Assembly (NCBI GenBank): GCA_039770535.1 | Contig: JBDMYC010000182.1 | Location: forward strand, 1 to 33,200 | DNA: 33,200 nt | Reading direction: 5' to 3' | Source of the DNA: Flavobacteriales bacterium | GTDB lineage: Bacteria > Bacteroidota > Bacteroidia > Flavobacteriales_D > CAJJDF01 | Position numbers and translations under genes: made by a program | Part shown: piece by piece, positions 1-9,287 of the stretch | How positions within the stretch are numbered: the stretch's first letter is position 1 | Layout: each line of letters starts with the position of its first letter | The notes under the pieces: generated by a model | What the model saw: only the letters and a program-made list of their open reading frames with translations | Databases searched by the model: none | Told to the model about the DNA's origin: nothing

Positions 1-347
1 GCTTTAAAAACTAGTTCGAGATTTGATTTTAAATCAGAGAAAAGCCTCTCTTCATCTCTTGTCATCTGAGTTACCTCATAACCTTCCACGCTTTCCTCAA
101 TGATTTTATTGTTGCTGTTTACTGACGAGAAGAAGTTATTGTTAGCTGATGCTAACGCAATTTCTTTTTTATGCAAAGACTGTGAAATCTCCATCAATAG
201 ATCATTAGCAACTAATCTATCTTCATAAATAGCTTTCATTGAGTCTTTTACTCTGTTAAAATTATGTTTATCAATAAGATTTGTGGATAGAACTAACACA
301 AATATAACTGCAATTCCGAGGATGTATTTTATTTTATTAAGCAACAT
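1..347 (-). CDS. MCP four-helix-bundle (4HB_MCP-like) domain protein, N-terminal part only; the 3' end runs off the window
   Basis: Absent from the ORF track because there is no stop inside the window. A reverse-strand ATG at 345-347 opens a frame that stays open to position 1. It reads MLLNKIKYILGIAVIFVLVLSTNLIDKHNFNRVKDSMKAIYEDRLVANDLLMEISQSLHKKE... This is an N-terminal TM helix followed by the V(K/R)DS...IYEDRLxAxDL helix that I remember from small flavobacterial MCP four-helix-bundle proteins. Confidence 0.6.
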   Translation of the reverse strand, partial: MLLNKIKYILGIAVIFVLVLSTNLIDKHNFNRVKDSMKAIYEDRLVANDLLMEISQSLHKKEIALASANNNFFSSVNSNNKIIEESVEGYEVTQMTRDEERLFSDLKSNLELVFK

Positions 348-404
348 AATTCTATTTTTTTAATGTACACTCAAATATAAGACAAAGATTAATTGAATTG
401 TAGT

Positions 405-1724
405 TTAAAGTAGTGTTTTATCCACTTCTATTCGCAATTTATTTTTTGTAACTACCTGAAAGCGCCATAATAACATAAATGCAGAAGCTCCCAAGCCTAC
501 TAAAAATCCATACCAGATTCCTTCGGAACCATAACCTAGAGAAATTCCTAAGAAATAGCATATTGGGAAGGCAATCATCCAATAGGCTATAAAAGTGATA
601 AACGTAGGGATTTTAACATCTTGCATTCCTTTTAAAGCACCCAAAACTACGGCTTGCATTCCGTCAAACAACTGAAAAAAGGCAGCTATAATCATCAACT
701 TAGCTGTAATTGTAATAACTTCGGTATTGTCAAATTGATTAGCTGGGTCGTTTGCATCCAAATACAAACTAGGCAACCATTCATTAAAAACAAGGAAGAG
801 AATAGCGAAAATTACATCCATAATCAAGATCAGTAAAAAAATAGAGAAAGCAATTCTGCGCAGCTCTTTAAACTTCATTAATCCAAACTGATTTCCTACT
901 CGAATAGTAGCTACGACAGCCATTCCCATAGCAAACATAAATGTCATAGAGGAGAGATTTAGAGCTATCTGATTAGCTGCTTGCGGATTTTTACCTAAAG
1001 TACCACTAAGCCAAATTCCTGCGGTAAATATTCCAAACTCGAAAAACATTTGCAGGGCAGAAGGAAATCCAATTCCGTTTAGTTTTTTGATTGTAGTTTT
1101 TAAGATTTTTTCTTTCCATAAATTCTCAAAATATACCAGAAATTTTTTCTTTTTAAATATGAATCCAAACATAGCCAAAGCCATAATTACTCTTGAAATG
1201 AATGTTCCCCAAGCTGCTCCGACAATTCCCATTTCTGGAAAAATCCAAATTCCATAAATCAAAACATAATTAAGAACTACATTCAAAATATTGGCTACAA
1301 CTGTTGCCCACATAGAGTATTTGGTTTCTGACAAACCATCAGCAAATTGTTTTACTGCTTGAAATACTGCTAAAGGAATAAGCGAAAGTGCAACAATATT
1401 GAGGTAAGGAATGGCTAATTCTACTACTTCTTCCGTTTGTTTCATGTGATACAAAAGAGGTCGCACGGCAAAGATGATGGCTGTCAATAATATTCCTAAC
1501 CCTGTTACAAGTAGGATTCCATTTTTAAGAACACTTTTCCCTTCTTTCACATTATTTATTGCATCCGAAGCTGCAACTAAGGGAGTAATTCCAGTCGAAA
1601 AACCCAAAATAACTGACATTGCCATAAACAGAAAACTATTACCCAAACTAACTGCTGCAAGTGGTCCTGTTCCCAATTTTCCCACCATTATATTATCTAC
1701 CAAACCAACTATGGTATGCCCCAA
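405..1724 (-). CDS. MATE family efflux transporter (NorM/DinF-like)
   Basis: 439-aa polytopic membrane protein with a MATE-type N-terminus (GHTIVGLVDNIMVGKLG...AAVSLGNSF) and 12-TM-like hydrophobicity. Coordinates use the first canonical start (TTG at 1724). The frame is open up to 1805, and the extra residues (NYTIEFKRNWQLAWPVILGLL) look like the conserved first half of TM1, so the real start is probably upstream (see finding). Confidence 0.9.
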   Translation of the reverse strand: MGHTIVGLVDNIMVGKLGTGPLAAVSLGNSFLFMAMSVILGFSTGITPLVAASDAINNVKEGKSVLKNGILLVTGLGILLTAIIFAVRPLLYHMKQTEEVVELAIPYLNIVALSLIPLAVFQAVKQFADGLSETKYSMWATVVANILNVVLNYVLIYGIWIFPEMGIVGAAWGTFISRVIMALAMFGFIFKKKKFLVYFENLWKEKILKTTIKKLNGIGFPSALQMFFEFGIFTAGIWLSGTLGKNPQAANQIALNLSSMTFMFAMGMAVVATIRVGNQFGLMKFKELRRIAFSIFLLILIMDVIFAILFLVFNEWLPSLYLDANDPANQFDNTEVITITAKLMIIAAFFQLFDGMQAVVLGALKGMQDVKIPTFITFIAYWMIAFPICYFLGISLGYGSEGIWYGFLVGLGASAFMLLWRFQVVTKNKLRIEVDKTLL

Positions 1725-1841
1725 TAATCCTAAGATTACTGGCCATGCAAGTTGCCAGTTTCGTTTGAATTCTATAGTGTAATTAGAAAAATTGATAGTG
1801 GATAATTAAAAATGAATAATTTATTTTACTCTTAGAGCTTG

Positions 1842-1849
1842 CAAAAATA
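1842..1849 (-). promoter_or_regulatory. Candidate Bacteroidota sigma-A -7 box (TAnnTTTG) for the MATE gene
   Basis: The reverse strand reads TATTTTTG. It lies 36-45 nt upstream of the extended MATE reading frame (1796-1805) and 117 nt upstream of the TTG at 1724. Confidence 0.35.
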
Positions 1850-1986
1850 GACAATATCTTATCGGTTTCAATTTGTTTTTGGAATAAAGAAAAATTTAGT
1901 TTTTTTCTTAAAGCTACTTCCCTGCTAACCCTTTCTCAATAAATTATTGTAGAAAAAATTATATTGAATCGAGGATGGGTAAAGAC

Positions 1987-4900
1987 CTATGGCGCCACAG
2001 AAAATGTAAAATACTTATCGTATAAATTAATCCCTTCAAATTGAGCAATTCCACTGGTTACTGAAATTGCTTCCACCCAATGAATATTAGCTAAAGTAGC
2101 TGAATTTGAAATTCCGATTTTTACGTTTACAGGTAACGAACTTGTGTTCCCTCCTACTTCTGCAAGGTCCAGTTCCAAATTCACAGTTCCTACTCCTCCC
2201 GTCATTTCTGCATACCATTTTCTAGTTAAGACATTTGTTTGTCCTGCAAAATTTATTCGTGTTAAAGCTCCATTATCGTGGCCAATGAGCAAATAATTTT
2301 CGTCCCCAATATTGATATTTGCCTCCAAAGTAAGTCCACTAAAATCAGTTTCTGAAGTAGATTTTGGTTGGTAAAAATCAAACGTAGCACTTCGTCCTAC
2401 TCCAAAAACTCCATTTCCAAAACCGTTAGACACATCATAGATTACTGTTTCTAAAGGGTTTACATAATCAAAACCCAAACTAATTCCATATTTTATTGCA
2501 AGGTACGTTTGTATTTGATTAGAAAATTCTTGCGAAATGGTGTCATTGATATAAATCACTTCATTGATGTTTCCTCTGTACCTTCTATCGTTATTGGTAG
2601 AATTTCCTCCAATAGAGAAAATAGAAGAAAATCCGGTAGTTCTTGTTGCAGTGTTTGTTCCTATTGAATTTCCGTTTTTAAATGCTTCTAAAGAACCCGT
2701 TTCACTTGTAAACTGATACAAATTGTACATATTGTCATAAGGAGCATTTTGGACAATTGCAGGAACTAATAAACCAGAATTTGCAGGAGCTAAAAAGGTA
2801 ATTCTAGATGAAATATTATTGGCAGGAAAAGAAATATCATAACCAAAAACATCTGTCGGACCGAAAACTCCACCAGCAGAAAAGATGGGTCGATAACTTG
2901 AACCTCCAAACCCTGTTGCTTGAACTTGTTCTAATCCCACCACAAATATGGAAACACTAGTAGTTTGATTTATACCTGACCCTGTTAGTATATCTCCACT
3001 GTTTGTCCCATCAAAAGTTACAGATGGATTAAAATTGGTAGTATTGACAGAGAAGCTTGGTTGATTAGCTGAAACAGTTTGAGTTGCATTGTTTCCAAAA
3101 CTACTCATGTCGTCCCATTGAGCTACTTCGCACCCTGGCGTGTTGCAACTTGTACCCTTATTTGCTTTGAACCATAGAGAAGTTTGATTTGATAATGGCA
3201 CTGAAAGTAATGAATCAGAAACAGCAATAAATCCGCAAGTTGAAGATGTAGCCATAGTTCTCGGTCTTTTAAATCCAAGAGCAAAATATTCCGTAGAAGA
3301 CAAGTTTACACCTTGAAAAAACAATGTGTCTCCCGAAATAGAACTACAAATGAAATTGCTTGCTCCACTTGTAAAATCTGTATCGATATCGGTATGTACT
3401 GCATAATCATTAGGATTTCCATTGTTAGGAATAATAAAACTCAAAGTCACATTTCCTACATTCCCAATATTCTGATTTTTCCAAATTCTATCTGAAATTA
3501 AACTATAGAAAGGAGCTGGATTTGTTGTACTGAAAGTAGCTGGCAACCCATTATTTCCGATCATCAAAAATTCATCTTGTGCGATTTCTGTGAAATTATT
3601 TACTGCATTTGTTCCTTCATTCTGTGCCTCAATAATAACTACTGAACTGGAATTTATAGATTTCGATTTCACCTGACCAAGACCTGAAATTGTATCTCTC
3701 CCAATTCCAAAAACATCATTGTGAAAACCTGAATTTGAAACAGCATCCCAAAACAAAGTTCCACTACTACTTTCATAATTTCCCGCAGTTCCGCTTCCAG
3801 TGTTATCCAAAGTTATACCCCATTTTATTGCCAAATAAGACTCTACTCTTCTAATATCTACTGCTGTTAAATTTCTTTTATATACTATTATTTCTGCAAT
3901 ACTCCCATCTAATAATCGTCCGTTATTTGAACTTAATCCAGCAGATTTAGATTGCCTCCCTATTGTTATTGGACCCGAACTTCCCATTGAAGAAGAATTT
4001 TTCGAAATCTCATTAGTTGTTAATTGAGATAAGGAGATATTATTTGTTGCCGAAGGTGTTGTTTCTCCATTAAGGTTATAAGTTTGGTTTACTCCAAAAT
4101 CAATTTTAAATCGAGAGATAGTTCCAAAATCACTGAAGGAGTGTGAATTATCTCCATTAAATGTTCCCGAGTGGTTTGTAGGAGTGTATAAAGAAAAGCT
4201 ATTGCTGCCGTAGCAAAACCCAAAACCTTGGTTTGCTACAAATCCATAATCAAATACAAATTGGCGAGGCTTGAAAGAAGTAGGAATATCTGGCTCAACA
4301 ACAGCAAAAATAGTGATTCCGTCTTCATTGCCAACTCCCGAAGAAAAAATATAATCGTTTCCAAAGTCTAGTCCATCATTTACTCCATCAAAATCTACTA
4401 CGGGATTAAAATTTACTTCGTCCGCACTATTATTTCTAAAAGTTGGCGGTGGTAAATTATTGTCAGTTGCATCATTTGTTCGAGCACCAGATTGATCTCT
4501 CCAAGTATTAACTGCTTGTCCGTCTGTTGCGAGTACTGATCCATTCGCAACTCCACTATCGGCTTTGAGCCACAGTACCAATTCATTGATTATTCCACCT
4601 GGTGCAAGCACGGGACAAATTGTGAAAGTAGGAGTTGAATTAGGCGGAAAATCTGCTCCACCGTCATTGCTTTGGTTTCCACTTCCATTATCCGTTATCC
4701 AGTTGGATGTATTTGCTATAGCTAATTGAATTTGAGCTTTGTTGCATCCAGTTAAAGTCGTAAATTCTGCAACATCAATGTCCCCAAAAAATTCGACAGC
4801 ATTTATTCCTGCCGTTAAGTTTGTATTGTTCAATTGTCCATTAGCTCCAGTAAATCCATCACTTGAGATTGCAGTTATAAAAACCGAAGGTGTTTCATTA

Positions 4901-5316
4901 TCAACTCCAGTAAAGCAATACACCACTTCATTACTTGCAGCAAGTGCCATATTTCCTGTCATAGTTCCTGTCACTATTCCGTTAACATAAGCTCCATAAA
5001 GAGCATTTCCAGTATCATCTATATCTCGAAAAAGAATGACAGTTCCTGCTGGAATTATTGCTGTTCCGGAGTTCCAAGACATCTCCGTTTCGTTATTATT
5101 GTTAAAAGCTCCACCAGAACCAATGGCTGATCCATTCCATTCGTTATCGTTAAAGTGGATAATACTTGATGCAGGGATATCTTCTAGCGCAACTAATCCC
5201 AATCCATCATTGCCATCTGCATTGTATGATATAAAAAGTAAGTCTCCTGCGTTTTGAGATAGAGATTGACTATTGATTAGAATAGTAAACAACAATAAGA
5301 AAAATCCTTTTTTCAT
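1987..5316 (-). CDS. Large secreted surface/adhesin-like protein with two LamG (concanavalin-A-like lectin) modules
   Basis: 1109 aa with signal peptide MKKGFFLLLFTILINSQSLSQ. There are two diverged copies of one module. Copy 1: LVLWLKADSG...WRDQSG...NFNPVVDFDGVNDGL...GSIAEIIVYKRNLTAVDIRRVESYLAIKWGITLD. Copy 2: SLWFKANKG...WDDMSS...NFNPSVTFDGTNSG...GNINEVIYINDTISQEFSNQIQTYLAIKYGISLG. Each copy is followed by a (V)FG(I/V)GR(D/S)...LMIGNN/LLIGHDNG...R(I/K)W segment. The protein is rich in N/S/T/G and has no recognisable T9SS C-terminal domain. Confidence 0.8.
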   Translation of the reverse strand: MKKGFFLLLFTILINSQSLSQNAGDLLFISYNADGNDGLGLVALEDIPASSIIHFNDNEWNGSAIGSGGAFNNNNETEMSWNSGTAIIPAGTVILFRDIDDTGNALYGAYVNGIVTGTMTGNMALAASNEVVYCFTGVDNETPSVFITAISSDGFTGANGQLNNTNLTAGINAVEFFGDIDVAEFTTLTGCNKAQIQLAIANTSNWITDNGSGNQSNDGGADFPPNSTPTFTICPVLAPGGIINELVLWLKADSGVANGSVLATDGQAVNTWRDQSGARTNDATDNNLPPPTFRNNSADEVNFNPVVDFDGVNDGLDFGNDYIFSSGVGNEDGITIFAVVEPDIPTSFKPRQFVFDYGFVANQGFGFCYGSNSFSLYTPTNHSGTFNGDNSHSFSDFGTISRFKIDFGVNQTYNLNGETTPSATNNISLSQLTTNEISKNSSSMGSSGPITIGRQSKSAGLSSNNGRLLDGSIAEIIVYKRNLTAVDIRRVESYLAIKWGITLDNTGSGTAGNYESSSGTLFWDAVSNSGFHNDVFGIGRDTISGLGQVKSKSINSSSVVIIEAQNEGTNAVNNFTEIAQDEFLMIGNNGLPATFSTTNPAPFYSLISDRIWKNQNIGNVGNVTLSFIIPNNGNPNDYAVHTDIDTDFTSGASNFICSSISGDTLFFQGVNLSSTEYFALGFKRPRTMATSSTCGFIAVSDSLLSVPLSNQTSLWFKANKGTSCNTPGCEVAQWDDMSSFGNNATQTVSANQPSFSVNTTNFNPSVTFDGTNSGDILTGSGINQTTSVSIFVVGLEQVQATGFGGSSYRPIFSAGGVFGPTDVFGYDISFPANNISSRITFLAPANSGLLVPAIVQNAPYDNMYNLYQFTSETGSLEAFKNGNSIGTNTATRTTGFSSIFSIGGNSTNNDRRYRGNINEVIYINDTISQEFSNQIQTYLAIKYGISLGFDYVNPLETVIYDVSNGFGNGVFGVGRSATFDFYQPKSTSETDFSGLTLEANINIGDENYLLIGHDNGALTRINFAGQTNVLTRKWYAEMTGGVGTVNLELDLAEVGGNTSSLPVNVKIGISNSATLANIHWVEAISVTSGIAQFEGINLYDKYFTFSVAP

Positions 5317-5326
5317 TATTGATGTG

Positions 5327-6094
5327 TTATTTGGTATAAAATCTTACATCAATACAAGAATTTGTTCGACTAGAAGTAAGCACATCAAAAGTGAGCACAC
5401 CTGCAGGACTAATCGCTACATTAGAAAAAACAGAAGTATCAAAAGAAATGACATAAAAATCTAGGTTTGCAACAGGAATAACTTGTAAACCACTGTTTGT
5501 AAACTGTGTACTGTAATAATTGTACATATTTATCGAATTTCCTGTACTGGCAGATGAAACATCAATAAAAGGCGAAGGAGGAATTATTTCTCTTCGTCCA
5601 CTCATTATTTGTCCATCAGGATTAGTGTATAGAACATTCAAATAGCCAGTTGTGTCGTCAGCTCTGGTATTTGGATGAGATTTTAAAATGACTTCTCCAT
5701 TCGTAAAGATAGTATCGTTTATACTTGTAGGACTTTCGGTAGTTCCTTCTTTGTACCAATCGTGATCTTTCAATCCGCTAACTAGAACAAATACTGTGTC
5801 GTTTCCTTCCAAAATAAATAGGGTGTCATTCAAGTAAAAAGCAGAATCAATTTTTTCGTCTAAAGTATCTCCAATTTTTGCTAATTCGCCTGTTGTGAGT
5901 CCAATAAAAAAGTTATTATTGACTGTGTCTAAATACAAATTTCCTTCTAATGCAGATTTTGCAGTATGTATAGTAGTAATCTGAGCAGGAGTATAAAACT
6001 GAGATATTGCTGGCGAAGAAGCCATTAAAAACACAAAAAACAGTGCTGTTTTGGCAATGGTTTTTAACTGGGAATGTGTTGTTATAAGAGTCAT
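5327..6094 (-). CDS. Hypothetical secreted protein, co-transcribed with the LamG protein
   Basis: 255 aa with an N-terminal hydrophobic signal-like segment (AKTALFFVFLMASSPAISQ). Its stop is 10 nt before the start of the 1109-aa gene on the same strand. No family recognised. Confidence 0.6.
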   Translation of the reverse strand: MTLITTHSQLKTIAKTALFFVFLMASSPAISQFYTPAQITTIHTAKSALEGNLYLDTVNNNFFIGLTTGELAKIGDTLDEKIDSAFYLNDTLFILEGNDTVFVLVSGLKDHDWYKEGTTESPTSINDTIFTNGEVILKSHPNTRADDTTGYLNVLYTNPDGQIMSGRREIIPPSPFIDVSSASTGNSINMYNYYSTQFTNSGLQVIPVANLDFYVISFDTSVFSNVAISPAGVLTFDVLTSSRTNSCIDVRFYTK

Positions 6095-6255
6095 CTGTTT
6101 TTAGTGTAAATGAGATTATTCATCTTTATAAAAATAACACTATTGACGAGAATTGAACTACCTCTGGTAATTATTTTATTAACGGCCTCTATTAATAACC
6201 TAAGCTGAATTCAACACTCTTTATTATTAATTCTCCATTGTTAATTATCAATTAT

Positions 6256-6900
6256 CTAATCTCTAGCTTTCTTCTCTAGCATTGGCACAAACATAAAATC
6301 TCCAAAAGTTTTTTTTGTGAATTCGGTATCTGATTGTTTAGTAATCAAGGTCATAATTTGCTTGGTATCTCCCACAGGAATAACAAGCTTTCCTCCTATT
6401 TTCAACTGTTTTAGAAGATCTTCTGGAATAAATGGTGCTCCACAAGTAACAATTATAGAATCATAAGGCGCCCAAGTAGGGATTCCTTTATAGCCATCTC
6501 CGTAATAGAGCTTAGCTGAATAATTCATTTTCTTCAAGATGAGTTTTGTTCGGTCAAATAATTCTTTTTGTCTTTCGATTGAAAAAACTTTTGCCCCAAG
6601 TTCCAATAAAACAGTCGTTTGATAACCAGAACCCGTTCCTATTTCCAAAATTTTATGCCCTTTTTTTACTTCCAGTAATTCAGACTGAAAAGCAACCGTG
6701 TAAGGATGTGAAATTGTTTGCCCTGAGCCAATTGGAAACGCCTTATTTTCATAAGCATGTTCAGCAAATGCAGTATCCAAAAAGAAATGCCGAGGAATTT
6801 TACCAATTGCTTCAATAACCCTTGAATCTTTAATTCCCTTACTCGCAATTTCTTCTGCCAATTGCTTTCTTAACCCTTTATGTCTGTATGTGTCTGTCAC
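6256..6900 (-). CDS. pcm: Protein-L-isoaspartate(D-aspartate) O-methyltransferase
   Basis: Pcm hallmarks are present: DTYRHKGLRKQL, PRHFF, GQTISHPYTVA and the SAM-binding motif ILEIGTGSGYQT. The ORF track starts at a GTG at 6972 inside a hairpin. I prefer the in-frame GTG at 6898-6900 (MTDTYRHKGLR..., 214 aa), which matches the usual flavobacterial Pcm N-terminus. Confidence 0.9.
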   Translation of the reverse strand: MTDTYRHKGLRKQLAEEIASKGIKDSRVIEAIGKIPRHFFLDTAFAEHAYENKAFPIGSGQTISHPYTVAFQSELLEVKKGHKILEIGTGSGYQTTVLLELGAKVFSIERQKELFDRTKLILKKMNYSAKLYYGDGYKGIPTWAPYDSIIVTCGAPFIPEDLLKQLKIGGKLVIPVGDTKQIMTLITKQSDTEFTKKTFGDFMFVPMLEKKARD

Positions 6901-6952
6901 TTTGTTGTTTCTAATCTGTTCTCGATACAATTTTAGTCTGTTATTACTCTCT

Positions 6953-6998
6953 AAAATCACTCGAACTGACACTATTCTTTTCCTGTCAGTTCGAGTGA
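6953..6998 (-). terminator. Candidate intrinsic terminator after the acyltransferase/DPP-IV genes
   Basis: Perfect 15-bp inverted repeat TCACTCGAACTGACA (6957-6971) / TGTCAGTTCGAGTGA (6984-6998) with a 12-nt loop. On the minus-strand transcript it is followed by UUUU (6953-6956). It sits 85 nt downstream of the DPP-IV stop. Confidence 0.5.
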
Positions 6999-7082
6999 AA
7001 TAATTGACTGAAAAGGAAATTATTTAGTATCGAGAGCCTCATTTTAAATTCGTATTTCCTCTTTTTTCTTCCAACCCCTACC

Positions 7083-9287
7083 TTACTTATTATTCTCCAT
7101 CACATAATTCAAAATCTTTGTCATCAAGTGCACTCTATCTTTTCCTCTCACATTGTGAGGATGCATTGGGTAAGCAAAGAAATCTAATTGCACCCCGTCC
7201 GTAACCGATTGCTGAACCAAAGCCAAATTGTGTTGCATGACAACTACATCATCCACAGTTCCGTGAATTAAAAGTAGTTTTCCGTCTAAATCTTTCACAT
7301 ATTGCATCAAACTGTTCTTTTTGTATCCTTCTGGGTTTTCTTGAGGAGAATCCATATATCTTTCTCCATACATAATCTCATACCATTTCCAGTCGATAAC
7401 TGGACCACCAGCCACAGCAGTTGTAAAAACTCCAGGATGACGCAACATCAATGAAGTTGTCATAAATCCTCCATAACTCCAACCATGAATGGCTAATCTA
7501 TCTCCATCTACATAAGGAAGTGATTTCAAATATTCTACTCCAGTCAATTGATCTTCCATTTCTACTTCTCCAATTTGTCTATGGATTTGGTTTTCAAAAT
7601 TAAACCCTCTGTTTGCCGAACCTCTATTGTCCAAAGTAAAAACTATATATCCTTGATTTGCCATCCAGTGCATCCACATACTTGCTCCACCACCCCAACT
7701 ATTGGTAATCATTTGTGCATGAGGACCTCCGTACACATAAATCAATACAGGATATTTTTTACTAGCATCAAAATCTGCTGGTTTAAACATTCTTGAGTAC
7801 AATTTTTCTCCACTTTTTGATGTCAATTCTCCAAACTCCATTTTTGCCATTTTATAGTCTGCTACAGGATTTTGAGATTCTTTCAAAACAGATTTTTCTT
7901 TTGTTTTTACATCAATGATTTGCGTAATCCTAGGCACAGAAGTACTTGAATAAATATCTATCATGTAGTTTCCAGTACTGCTCACTCTTCCATTGTGAGT
8001 TCCACTTTGAGGTGTCAAATGAGTTACATCTTTTTCTTTTAGTGAAACTTGATATAGGTGTTTTTCTCTTCCATCTTCTCCAGTAGCTTGGACGTAAGCA
8101 AAAGTTCCTGCATCATTAATGCCTAAAAATGAAGTAATAGGAAACTCAAAACCAGTTAAAGGAGTCCAATCTCCATTTTTCATATTTACACGATACAGAT
8201 TCATGTTGCCATCCTTTTCACTCATCCAAAGCATTGAATTTGCATCTTTTGTTGGGAAAAATCCAGGATTTTCTGGTTCAGTCCATTTGTCATGGGTTTC
8301 TTCAAAAATTGTACGGATTTTATTTTTTCCTTTTACACTATATTCATTAAACCATACGTGATTTTGTCCTCTATTTACTTCTGCAATGTAGATCTTATCT
8401 TCGTTTGGTCCCCAAGTTACATTTGTCAAATAGTGATCGTCTTTTTCTCCACCAGTTTTAAGATTCATTTTTCTTTTTACTAATCCCAAAAATCCTCTTG
8501 TTCCCTTTTTCAAACTATAAACTCCCACTTTTCCGTATTCACTTTTTTGCCCTGCCATTGGGTATTTTATTGAATTTACTTCTCCTGGAGTCACATTAAT
8601 ATTCAATAATGGATAATCTGCAACATCCGATTCATCTTTCTGATAATAAGCAATGTAGTTTCCATCAGGTGACCAAAATATTCCTTTTCCAATTCCAAAT
8701 TCGAATCTATGTATCGCTTGTCCTGTAACAATGTTTTTATCCTCATTTTCAACAATCGTTATCATACTATCTTTGACTGTTGCCAAATACAAATTATTTT
8801 CTAGCGTATAAGCAACTGCCCGTGCTTTCATATTAAATTCTCGATTGGTTGCCCCTTTAGGCAAAATAATTTTTGTTTCTAATCCTTTTTTCTTACCCCA
8901 ATATCTATAAATAATAATTTCATTATTTTGAGAGACTACCATTTGCAAATCATGAATTTCAAGAATTGAAGGGATTTTTGAAAATCCTGCATCTTTAAAA
9001 AATTTATCATCAAATAGGAATTCTTGTTTTCCTTCTGCAGCACTTTTCATAATATAAGCTCCGTCTTCATAATATATGTAAGAATCTTTTCCTTCTACCC
9101 ATTTAAAACCTCTTAAATTTTCAGGATACAATCCTTTGTAATAGCTCAAAACTGCATCATTCAAGGTTAATTCTTTCAACTCAGAAGCCTGTTTTGGTTC
9201 TGGTTCTGAAATTGATTGTGCGCTTTGCATTTGCCCTAAAGCACTAATACTTGCAAATAAAAACAGTCCTATTACTACGTTTTTCAT
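7083..9287 (-). CDS. Dipeptidyl-peptidase IV family serine peptidase (S9B; DPPIV N-terminal propeller plus prolyl-oligopeptidase catalytic domain)
   Basis: 734 aa with signal peptide MKNVVIGLFLFASISALGQ. The C-terminal alpha/beta hydrolase carries the nucleophile motif GWSYGG, then HGTVDDVV (Asp) and a late His (YPMHPHNV). Confidence 0.9.
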   Translation of the reverse strand: MKNVVIGLFLFASISALGQMQSAQSISEPEPKQASELKELTLNDAVLSYYKGLYPENLRGFKWVEGKDSYIYYEDGAYIMKSAAEGKQEFLFDDKFFKDAGFSKIPSILEIHDLQMVVSQNNEIIIYRYWGKKKGLETKIILPKGATNREFNMKARAVAYTLENNLYLATVKDSMITIVENEDKNIVTGQAIHRFEFGIGKGIFWSPDGNYIAYYQKDESDVADYPLLNINVTPGEVNSIKYPMAGQKSEYGKVGVYSLKKGTRGFLGLVKRKMNLKTGGEKDDHYLTNVTWGPNEDKIYIAEVNRGQNHVWFNEYSVKGKNKIRTIFEETHDKWTEPENPGFFPTKDANSMLWMSEKDGNMNLYRVNMKNGDWTPLTGFEFPITSFLGINDAGTFAYVQATGEDGREKHLYQVSLKEKDVTHLTPQSGTHNGRVSSTGNYMIDIYSSTSVPRITQIIDVKTKEKSVLKESQNPVADYKMAKMEFGELTSKSGEKLYSRMFKPADFDASKKYPVLIYVYGGPHAQMITNSWGGGASMWMHWMANQGYIVFTLDNRGSANRGFNFENQIHRQIGEVEMEDQLTGVEYLKSLPYVDGDRLAIHGWSYGGFMTTSLMLRHPGVFTTAVAGGPVIDWKWYEIMYGERYMDSPQENPEGYKKNSLMQYVKDLDGKLLLIHGTVDDVVVMQHNLALVQQSVTDGVQLDFFAYPMHPHNVRGKDRVHLMTKILNYVMENNK

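Noticed and set aside
419-426. DnaA-box-like TTATCCAC (also on the minus strand at 1797-1804), raising the idea of an origin
   Set aside because: With this base composition I expect one or two such 8-mers by chance in 33 kb on two strands. They are 1.4 kb apart, one lies at a gene's 3' end, there is no cluster and no AT-rich unwinding element next to dnaA/dnaN.
1474-1782. Plus-strand 102-aa ORF, representative of many 60-120-aa ORFs in the track (e.g. 654-836, 4739-4990, 5036-5257, 7548-7796, 11468-11833, 11796-12149, 17234-17482, 18126-18383, 25382-25648, 25658-25855, 29973-30266, 30240-30467)
   Set aside because: Every one lies antisense to, or out of frame within, a long ORF with clear family motifs. 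Their translations are low-complexity or biased, as expected for shadow frames in AT-rich DNA. None has its own promoter box or intergenic space.
1834-1847. 14-nt identity (AGAGCTTGCAAAAA) with the left arm of the terminator at 24721-24734; a possible repeat family
   Set aside because: Only one arm is present at 1834-1847, so no hairpin forms. My rough estimate is that more than ten 14-mer coincidences are expected by chance in a window of this size and composition.
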